From the IMG/VR virus record IMGVR_UViG_3300027791_000007, positions 1-64,000 of that record: a stretch of DNA of 64,000 nucleotides. The stretch is one strand, 5' to 3'. Below are positions 56,906 to 64,000 of this stretch, one piece after another. Position 1 is the stretch's first letter. Each line of letters opens with the position of its first letter. The translations under genes and the position numbers were made by a program. The DNA comes from a virus. The notes below the pieces were generated by a model. The model was not told where the DNA came from, ran no database searches, and was given only the letters and a program-made list of their open reading frames with translations.

Positions 56906-57367
56906 CTACTTATTAAAGTTGATTGATTTAATTCTACCATTGTATTCAAATGTAAGAATTGAATGTGAGTAAGAAGTTCTTTCAACTTCATTATACCTAG
57001 TAACATTTGAACAGACGTTTCTAACCTCATGTTCTTTACTACCGATATTTGAACCGATAACAACACCTAGTACTTTACCGATATCATTACCATCACCAAC
57101 TTTGTTACCAATGATACCACCGATAATAGCACCTAGTAGTGCATCACCATTACCTTTTAGAGCATTGGTTGTACCACTCATAATGCCGCCGTTATTAACT
57201 TTGACATCTCTACATACCGTAACTTGGTATGGTACTTGTTGGATGATTGTTTTTTCTACATCTTTGACAGATATAATTTTTGCTCCTGCTGGAATTGATT
57301 GAGCAGTTGCACTCATACTTGTAATTGCAGCCACTATGGCAGCACCTATTATTACTTTTTTTAACAT
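56906..57367 (-). CDS. glycine-zipper 2TM exported protein
   Basis: Signal peptide; GAIIGGIIGNKVG.G; two Cys. Confidence 0.75.
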   Translation of the reverse strand: MLKKVIIGAAIVAAITSMSATAQSIPAGAKIISVKDVEKTIIQQVPYQVTVCRDVKVNNGGIMSGTTNALKGNGDALLGAIIGGIIGNKVGDGNDIGKVLGVVIGSNIGSKEHEVRNVCSNVTRYNEVERTSYSHSILTFEYNGRIKSINFNK

Positions 57368-57413
57368 ATTTAACCTCTTGGTTTGTTATTGTATATATAG
57401 ATTAACACAAACT

Positions 57414-57761
57414 TTAACCATTGTCAAGTGTTTTTTTATGTAATTCTACAAAATATTCTGCATCTATCAGAACCAGAGGCCTTGATTTGTTACGTTTTAT
57501 TACAACTATAGGCTGATAATCACCAGAGTTTTCATTTGCCTGTTCAAACGCCTTCCAGACGTTAACTGATTCTTGATTCTTACACTCTATTGAATATGGA
57601 AACTTTGCACGAGCAGCACGGGCCATAATCAAGTCCTCACCACCAGCACCCATACTTCTGGATTCTACATCCTCTGGGTGTACCTCTAATTTCTCAATCA
57701 ATTGGTCACGAACCCATTGTTGTAATCTTCTACCTTTAGCTTTCGCTGATTGTGTTTTCAT
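57414..57761 (-). CDS. PD-(D/E)XK nuclease, Holliday-junction-resolvase-like
   Basis: SAKAKGR, SMGAGGED, IECKNQE. Confidence 0.75.
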   Translation of the reverse strand: MKTQSAKAKGRRLQQWVRDQLIEKLEVHPEDVESRSMGAGGEDLIMARAARAKFPYSIECKNQESVNVWKAFEQANENSGDYQPIVVIKRNKSRPLVLIDAEYFVELHKKTLDNG

Positions 57762-58476
57762 AAAAATACCTTGCTATCAATTCATGTCCTTTTGCATTTG
57801 GATGACTATCTTCTTCGGATATAGTCATACCTTTATTTATATCCCAAAAAGTCATACCCCCAAGGTCACTTATGAAAGGCCAACCTATGATATGAGTATC
57901 ATCTATATTATGTTTTTGTAGTTCCTCGTAAAACTGTTCTATTAATGGTATGTTTGGTTGGCCAGTGCGATATTCCACTAATCCAGTGCCACACCACTGC
58001 AATAGTTTTATATTATAATCATCACATAGTTTTTGCAAGGTAGTTATATTTTTTAAAAAACAATTTATTTGGAACTTTGTTGCTTGATTAGGATATTGTA
58101 ATTCTTTGAGTAAATGTTTATAAACCTCATAGTCCAAAAGTTTTGACCAAGAACTATCAGTAGTAAGGACGTTAACTGGATTAAAATTTTTACCATAAAC
58201 CCAAAATCTCCACATCGCAGACCATAATATCGCTACGGTGTCAATATCATTATGATTATGAACTATCTCATTTACAGCATGGTAGAATATCTGGTCATTA
58301 CCAGAACCACCTACTCCAAAATTCTTATATTCCATACCTAAATGCTGAGATAATAATTTAGGCCATTTGGGAAAGTAATATGTTTTGCCAAGATGATATA
58401 CAACATTATCTTTTAAATGTATTTCACCTTCATCTTCTGTATAACTACATCCAAATGTGTATAACATCAATCCCAC
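57736..58476 (-). CDS. SGNH/GDSL hydrolase-like protein
   Basis: FGCSYT, G.GGSGN, DSHPNAKGH. Confidence 0.75.
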   Translation of the reverse strand: MGLMLYTFGCSYTEDEGEIHLKDNVVYHLGKTYYFPKWPKLLSQHLGMEYKNFGVGGSGNDQIFYHAVNEIVHNHNDIDTVAILWSAMWRFWVYGKNFNPVNVLTTDSSWSKLLDYEVYKHLLKELQYPNQATKFQINCFLKNITTLQKLCDDYNIKLLQWCGTGLVEYRTGQPNIPLIEQFYEELQKHNIDDTHIIGWPFISDLGGMTFWDINKGMTISEEDSHPNAKGHELIARYFYENTISES

Positions 58477-58646
58477 TCATCTTCATCATCCCATGCTTCT
58501 TCACTCTCGATTTCGTCTTGTTGTTCTTCTTCTAGTTTTGACCCACAGAATGTGCAGAATCCTATTTTGTAATGTCTAGTGCTTAATGAGTGTGAGACTT
58601 TAAAATCAGCCTCACACTCTTCACAATTTATTATTTTTGTTGTCAT
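58467..58646 (-). CDS. zinc-ribbon protein
   Basis: CEEC...CTFCG with an acidic tail. Confidence 0.7.
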   Translation of the reverse strand: MTTKIINCEECEADFKVSHSLSTRHYKIGFCTFCGSKLEEEQQDEIESEEAWDDEDEWD

Positions 58647-58650
58647 ATGT

Positions 58651-59892
58651 TTAATGTTTCGTTTCGTATGCATCTTCCCAACTACCAGACAATCCAGCGA
58701 CTTCGTACTCTGTCACTCTATTCTCAAAGAAGTTAGTATGATCTGCAGCGTTAAGTATCCACTCCAACCAAGGAATTGGATTTTCTTTTACCTTAAAGTT
58801 AGTTTTCAATCCTAGTTGCAATAACCTTCTATCGGTAATATACCTTATATATGTCTTTACATCCTCGGCCTTTAAACCCTCTGGTTCACCTAGTGCATAT
58901 GTCATATCTACAAACTTATCTTCTAGTTCAACTATTTTATCAGACATCTTGTAGATTTCTTTTTTAAATTCATCGTTAACAATTTTAGGTTTCTCTGAAC
59001 AAAATGCTCTGAATAGTTTTGCAATACCCTCAACATGCATTGATTCATCTCTTACTGACCACTCAACAATTTTACCACAACCTTTCATCTTACCAAACCT
59101 TTGGAAGTTCAATAACATAATAAACGATGCAAACAAAGATACACCCTCATTGAATACAGATTTTGCAAGAGCAAGTCCTATACCTTTGTGTGTAGATACA
59201 TCTGAGTCCATCATGAAATCTACTTTATCTGCCATTTCTTTATACTCTAAGAAGGCATGGAAGTCACTATCTGGTAAACCTAGTGTCTCATTTAATAATG
59301 CATATGCTCTTTGATGAATACCTTCTCTTGATGCAAAAGAACCAAGCATATTTCGTATTTCATTATTCTTAAACTTAGGTAAGAATTGGTCGAAATAGTT
59401 TTGTCCAACTGCAACATCTGATTGTGTAAACAATCTTAGTACGTTTGTAATATAATCTCTCTCTGAATCAGATAACTTATTACTCTTCCAATCTGAAACA
59501 TCTTCTGATAAGTCTACCTCATCTTCTATCCAATGAACTTTCTCATGTCTTACGACCATTTCAACTGCCCACGGATAATAGAATGGTTTATACGCCTCTG
59601 AAAATGCCAAAAGACTTCCCCCACGGATTTTTAGAATTTCATCTGATTTTTCTAATAGTTGCGAAAAACCACCAATCCTAGAACCGTTAACAAAAATCTG
59701 TGGCACACTTTGGATGTTACCTTCTTTTCTATTTAATCTTTCTTCTGTATTATTCACTCTTTGATAAAACTGTAACCTTTCATCATCATTTGACATGCTA
59801 TGTTCTGTATATTCAATATTATGTTCATTAAACCAGTTCTTAGCATTGACACAATATCCACATGTTGGACTTGTATATATTTGTACATCCAT
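58651..59892 (-). CDS. nrdB: class I ribonucleotide reductase beta subunit with N-terminal glutaredoxin domain
   Basis: CGYC and SVPQIF Grx motifs, then YKPFYYPW, E.IH, RDESMH, NFFENRVTEY. Confidence 0.93.
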   Translation of the reverse strand: MDVQIYTSPTCGYCVNAKNWFNEHNIEYTEHSMSNDDERLQFYQRVNNTEERLNRKEGNIQSVPQIFVNGSRIGGFSQLLEKSDEILKIRGGSLLAFSEAYKPFYYPWAVEMVVRHEKVHWIEDEVDLSEDVSDWKSNKLSDSERDYITNVLRLFTQSDVAVGQNYFDQFLPKFKNNEIRNMLGSFASREGIHQRAYALLNETLGLPDSDFHAFLEYKEMADKVDFMMDSDVSTHKGIGLALAKSVFNEGVSLFASFIMLLNFQRFGKMKGCGKIVEWSVRDESMHVEGIAKLFRAFCSEKPKIVNDEFKKEIYKMSDKIVELEDKFVDMTYALGEPEGLKAEDVKTYIRYITDRRLLQLGLKTNFKVKENPIPWLEWILNAADHTNFFENRVTEYEVAGLSGSWEDAYETKH

Positions 59893-59913
59893 TTATCTTC
59901 TCCTATTTCTTTT

Positions 59914-61683
59914 TTAACCTTGACAGGCGATACATTCTTCTTCTTCTTGTTTTAATTCTGAATAATCTCTCAATTTATCTAGTGCGACTTTATCTGAAAC
60001 CTTCTCTGTTTTTGATGTTGTTTCAGTCCTTAAATAATATAATCCTTTACACTCATCTTTCCATGCTTTAAAATGGGTCTGATGTATGTACTTCTTGGAT
60101 GCACCAGCAGGAAAGAATAGATTAAGTGATTGTCCTTGACACAAAAACTTTTGTCTATCGCCTGCAAGTTCTACTACAAACTCTTGTCTCAATTCTGTAG
60201 CAGTCTTATAAACTTTCTTTAACTCATCTGATAAGAATGTCAGATGTTGGACACTACCATTGTTTGTAACGATTGAAGTCCAAACTTCGGAAGTGTTCAT
60301 ATTTAGTCTATTCAATTCTTCTTCTAAAAATCCATTCTTAATTAGGTGTGAACCAGCCCTAGTTCTGTGAGTATAAGCATTTGCTTTATTTGGTTCGATT
60401 GACGGTGAAGTGCCCACAATCATTGAAGAATTTGCATTGGGGGCAATCGCAAGTAAGTGAGCGTTACGCCTTCCAGTGCCCTCCATATCTGGAGCTACGC
60501 CCCGTTCAGCACCAAGTTTCAAGGTTTCCTCTACTGCTTTCTCTTTGATATCTTTAAAGATTTTGACGTTCAACTCTTTTGCTGTCACACTTTCAAGTGC
60601 AATGTTATTCTTCTGCAAATATGAATGAAACCCCATCGCTCCAAGACCAAGAGACCTTTCTTGTTCTGCTGAATATTTCGCCTTTGGTAAAGTATCTGGG
60701 CAGTTGTCAATAAAGAATTGTAATACATTATCTAAGAAACGAATCAAATCATTAACAAGATTTGTATCTTTCCACTCGTCATATTTCTCTAGGTTCACAG
60801 ATGATAGACAACACACAGCAGTTCTTTCCTCGTTAGTAGGTAAGTGTATTTCATTACACAAGTTAGAACCATGTATCTTTAAACCTTTATCTTTCTGTGT
60901 TTGAGGCATATATCTGTTTGCAGTATCAATAAAATTAATATATGGTTCACCAGTTCTAAATCTAGTTTCTAGTAACTCTTCCCATAACTTTCTTGCATCT
61001 ACGGTTTTCCTTGCAACCTTTTCATTTGGATCAATCAAATCCCAACCCAATCCTTCTTCGACTGCTTTCATAAATGCATCTGGTACATTTACAGCGTTAT
61101 GTAGATTCAATGCTTTTCTTCCAACATCACCAGTTGGAATACGAAGCTTTAAAAACTCTTCGATGTCTGGATGTGAAATATCAATATAAGCTGCATACGA
61201 ACCTTTTCTGGTTTTACCTTGTCGGTAGGCAATCATATCAGCATCTACTGTGTGTAGAAATGGAATTGGGCCTGGAGCAATATTTGATACTGAACGAACA
61301 GCATTCCAGTGACCACCAACCCCACCACCTTTTACTGATAACCATCTTAATTCAGCAGTGTGTTCAATAAGTCCTTCTAGACTATCTGGAACATATGATA
61401 GGAAACATGAAATGGGTAATGCTTTAATCTTTTCTTTTGGTAATACTGCATTTGATAAAACTGGCGATGCATACATAAACCAATTTTTACTAGCAGCATC
61501 ATAAATTCTTTGTGCAAGTTTTTTATCTCCGAATGAATAACATGCAGCCGCTCTTGCAAATGCATGTTGAGGTGATGGTTCATCATCTCTACAATAATAA
61601 TCTAATAATAGTTTTGATGATTGGTCTGATAAATTATCATCTCTTGATAGATCAATGTTGATCCCTTGATAAACTTTAGACAT
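59914..61683 (-). CDS. nrdA: class I ribonucleotide reductase alpha subunit (no ATP cone)
   Basis: PISCF, SNLCNEI, CCLSS, AIAPNA, LYY, C-terminal CIACQG. Confidence 0.95.
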   Translation of the reverse strand: MSKVYQGINIDLSRDDNLSDQSSKLLLDYYCRDDEPSPQHAFARAAACYSFGDKKLAQRIYDAASKNWFMYASPVLSNAVLPKEKIKALPISCFLSYVPDSLEGLIEHTAELRWLSVKGGGVGGHWNAVRSVSNIAPGPIPFLHTVDADMIAYRQGKTRKGSYAAYIDISHPDIEEFLKLRIPTGDVGRKALNLHNAVNVPDAFMKAVEEGLGWDLIDPNEKVARKTVDARKLWEELLETRFRTGEPYINFIDTANRYMPQTQKDKGLKIHGSNLCNEIHLPTNEERTAVCCLSSVNLEKYDEWKDTNLVNDLIRFLDNVLQFFIDNCPDTLPKAKYSAEQERSLGLGAMGFHSYLQKNNIALESVTAKELNVKIFKDIKEKAVEETLKLGAERGVAPDMEGTGRRNAHLLAIAPNANSSMIVGTSPSIEPNKANAYTHRTRAGSHLIKNGFLEEELNRLNMNTSEVWTSIVTNNGSVQHLTFLSDELKKVYKTATELRQEFVVELAGDRQKFLCQGQSLNLFFPAGASKKYIHQTHFKAWKDECKGLYYLRTETTSKTEKVSDKVALDKLRDYSELKQEEEECIACQG

Positions 61684-62686
61684 TTTGTTTACTCCATTGA
61701 GAAAATTTGATCTTAGCGGTCAAACCTTGATATGTGTTATCCTTAATTATTTTCGTGATTTCTTCTTTTGTCCGTCCTGCTAGTATCATATCGTTTATAT
61801 CCTTCTCTCGTACATTATCTGGCCACAAAACAACTTTGTAATCCAAATCTATTATCTTTCTAATTCTTTTTAGTATCTCAATGCCTCGTCTTTCATTATC
61901 AAATATAATTACTTTATTGTCTTTGTCTAACTTCGTAAAATCAGCACCAGCAACAGCAATACAGTTATCTAAGAACAAACTATCTATGGGGCCTTCAACT
62001 ACATAAGTTAATTTATTTTTTTGTAGTTGGTGCAGTCCATATATATTATCCTTATCTTCATTCAAACTGATAGTGATATACTTAGGTGTCTCATTACCAA
62101 ATGCTCTTCCTTGTAGAGCAAACATATTATTTTCTTCATCAAAGAATGGAATGACCAACCGTGGGTGGTCTCCACCTAAAGATGAAAACTTATTAGGAAT
62201 TAAAGTATTAACCCATGTAAAAAACTTAGGTGCATAAAACAATTCAAAATGTTTATTAGTGGGTATCTTACGACTTTCTACCCATCTCTTAACTGGATGA
62301 TTAAATCCAAGTTGAGAAATCTTTTTAAGTTTAGTCAGAGGAGGCATACCCTCTTTAGTTCTCCTCATAAACTTAGGTTTTTGGAACTTACCTATATCAT
62401 ACTCTTCTTTGTCTGGAGTCTTTTTGTAAGTCTCTAGTATATAGTCTTTATGAACGCTCTCATCGACAAAAGATAGGAAATTTTTTAAACTTTTTCCAAC
62501 CCCACAGTTGTGACACTTGTACACAAGGTTTTGTTCCTTACGGAATATGAAACCTCTTGCTTTAGTTGTAGATTTATGAGAATCGCCACAATATGGACAT
62601 CTAAAATTCCAGAGAAAATCCCCCTTCTTTTTAAACTGTGATAATTGGCTAGATATAATATTGACGTATTTAATTTCATTGAACAT
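61676..62686 (-). CDS. gp61: DNA primase gp61
   Basis: NFRCPYCGDS...CHNCG zinc finger, RLVIPF, VVEGPIDSLF, KDINDM. Confidence 0.95.
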   Translation of the reverse strand: MFNEIKYVNIISSQLSQFKKKGDFLWNFRCPYCGDSHKSTTKARGFIFRKEQNLVYKCHNCGVGKSLKNFLSFVDESVHKDYILETYKKTPDKEEYDIGKFQKPKFMRRTKEGMPPLTKLKKISQLGFNHPVKRWVESRKIPTNKHFELFYAPKFFTWVNTLIPNKFSSLGGDHPRLVIPFFDEENNMFALQGRAFGNETPKYITISLNEDKDNIYGLHQLQKNKLTYVVEGPIDSLFLDNCIAVAGADFTKLDKDNKVIIFDNERRGIEILKRIRKIIDLDYKVVLWPDNVREKDINDMILAGRTKEEITKIIKDNTYQGLTAKIKFSQWSKQNV

Positions 62687-62724
62687 AGTATGACTATACA
62701 CCAAAAACTATGCAGAGTCAAGTA

Positions 62725-62883
62725 CTATTTTGAATTTTGTTGATTAAAAAGTTCAAACAGTGTCTTAACCTTCTCACCAAGTACAATTATAGCGTAATGC
62801 ATCTTTGCAAGTACTATTACCAATGTAACAAACCCAACTAATATGGGCCATAGTTTGATGAGCAACTCGAAAGAATCTGCCAT
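62725..62883 (-). CDS. small membrane protein (52 aa, holin-like)
   Basis: Not in the track: MADSFELLIKLWPILVGFVTLVIVLAKMHYAIIVLGEKVKTLFELFNQQNSK. Confidence 0.6.
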   Translation of the reverse strand: MADSFELLIKLWPILVGFVTLVIVLAKMHYAIIVLGEKVKTLFELFNQQNSK

Positions 62884-62890
62884 GTTTTTC

Positions 62891-63322
62891 CTATAAATTT
62901 AAATTTATTAACTTATGTAAAATAAAACCAGCAACAATAGAACCACCAATTAGTACATGTCTCCACTTCTCCAGAACACCCACTCTGTCGTTAATATCAC
63001 TCTTTAATGTATTAATCTTCTCTGTTTGTTCTGTATGTTGTTTAGACATTAAATCCATTGTTTCTCTACTCTGATCAGATATCCTCTTATGTAAAAGTTG
63101 TATCTGTTCTGAAAAGTCATTTCTTCTGGATTCTATCGCTTTATTTAATTCTGTCTGTTCTTCTTCTTGTCTGGATAATTTCTCTTCGTGTACAGCAAGC
63201 ATACGATTTATGCTGTTAGAAACATCTGAAATTTTGTTTATTGCTGTATCTAATCTCAAATGTATTTGTTTGATATCAGATATCTCTTTTTTTAGGATTT
63301 CAACCTCTGTTTCTAAGCTCAT
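62891..63322 (-). CDS. coiled-coil protein with C-terminal TM segment
   Basis: RLD.AI.K...MLAVHEEKL...RV..LEKWR..LIG. Confidence 0.75.
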   Translation of the reverse strand: MSLETEVEILKKEISDIKQIHLRLDTAINKISDVSNSINRMLAVHEEKLSRQEEEQTELNKAIESRRNDFSEQIQLLHKRISDQSRETMDLMSKQHTEQTEKINTLKSDINDRVGVLEKWRHVLIGGSIVAGFILHKLINLNL

Positions 63323-63548
63323 TTAATTCTCTCTCTAATCTATTTAACCTCTTTGTGAGATTGGGGAATTTTTTCATCTGTTTCTCTTCAACTGTCGCTA
63401 TCTTAATATCATATCGTTTCGCTGCCCAATTATATACTCTTTCTACTTTAGCATAAAACCACAATCCAAATTTAGTTTTCTTAAACCATTCGGCAGATGC
63501 ATCTCCAATAACTGCACCAGCAATCGCTTTGAATAGGAAAAACCACAC
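63300..63548 (-). CDS. hypothetical membrane-associated protein
   Basis: Coupled 82 aa ORF. Confidence 0.65.
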   Translation of the reverse strand: MWFFLFKAIAGAVIGDASAEWFKKTKFGLWFYAKVERVYNWAAKRYDIKIATVEEKQMKKFPNLTKRLNRLERELNELRNRG

Positions 63549-63772
63549 TATTCAATCTCCAATATCTTAATTGGGTGTATGTCATCACCCACTCTTTCTA
63601 TTTGTAACTTACCTTGTTTACACACCCACCTAGGCCCATTCGCACCTTGGTTTCTTTTTATTATTCTTTTTACTTTCAAACACTCACCTAGTGTTTCTCT
63701 AGGTGTGAACTCTGTTGGTTTTATATCACCAGACATGAACATCATCAATACAAATCCACTGAAAATTTCCAT
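63548..63772 (-). CDS. hypothetical protein with two Cys
   Basis: CL..KR...C pattern; RBS present. Confidence 0.6.
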   Translation of the reverse strand: MEIFSGFVLMMFMSGDIKPTEFTPRETLGECLKVKRIIKRNQGANGPRWVCKQGKLQIERVGDDIHPIKILEIE

Positions 63773-63782
63773 CTCTTTCTTC

Positions 63783-64000
63783 CTATTTTATTTGTCCAAT
63801 CTTGTCTTTTAATTTATCAAGATTTCCTTCTAGTTTTTTAATTCTTGTTTCATAAAAATCTAGAGTTAGTTTTTGTTGTTGATCATAAGGGGCCTTGCCG
63901 GTTTCTATATTTTGTGTAAGTTTTTCCAACTGTCCAGCAATATGCTCAATTAACATAAATTGTTCTGCATCAGCAGGTAAAGAACCCATATCACCTCTAG
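63783..64000 (-). CDS. hypothetical coiled-coil protein (5' end outside the window)
   Basis: The frame is open to the window edge (..RGDMGSLPADAEQFMLIEH). Confidence 0.6.
   Translation of the reverse strand, partial: RGDMGSLPADAEQFMLIEHIAGQLEKLTQNIETGKAPYDQQQKLTLDFYETRIKKLEGNLDKLKDKIGQIK

Noticed and set aside
58651-61683. Introns, inteins or homing endonucleases in nrdA, nrdB or thyX
   Set aside because: The ORFs are continuous and of normal length, with no intein or endonuclease motifs.
769-63812. Many ORF-track entries antisense to, or nested within, long genes (e.g. 769-1014, 3693-4052, 21935-22519, 26430-26927, 40126-40632, 48149-48535)
   Set aside because: They are shadows of well-supported opposite-strand genes, with no RBS or recognisable motifs.
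1-64000. Stop-codon reassignment
   Set aside because: Core genes are full length under the standard code, and TAA, TAG and TGA are all used as stops.

Overview
A 64 kb AT-rich segment of a large T4-like (Tevenvirinae/Kyanoviridae-type) myophage genome. The host is most likely a marine alphaproteobacterium, inferred from the alpha-type two-piece tmRNA. Most genes lie on the minus strand; one plus-strand block (36.1-41.8 kb) carries head-completion and tail genes. Core modules: baseplate (VrlC-like, gp8, gp7, gp6, gp25, gp5, gp53, gp48, hub protein), gp4, gp2, gp54-like, gp26, gp51, tape-measure-like protein, gp32, gp33, RNase H, NrdA, Grx-NrdB and gp61 primase. The accessory regions carry many cofactor-dependent tailoring enzymes: 5 radical SAM proteins, 5 class I methyltransferases, 3 2OG-Fe(II) oxygenases, an epimerase, IscA and a DUF59 remnant. 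They also carry ThyX, PhoH, bS21, lysozyme and a SleB-type hydrolase. Highlights not in the ORF track: (1) a HIV-like T TTT TTA GGG slippery site that would fuse gp26 to gp51 by -1 frameshifting upstream of the tape-measure gene; (2) a circularly permuted tmRNA with tag ANDNFAIEDYALAA; (3) a translationally coupled radical SAM / pentapeptide-repeat / methyltransferase / oxygenase cluster; (4) several unannotated structured ncRNA candidates, one with a possible kissing loop; (5) a positionally conserved motif upstream of four early promoters; (6) two internally deleted gene remnants. All family calls come from motif recognition by eye; no database searches were run.
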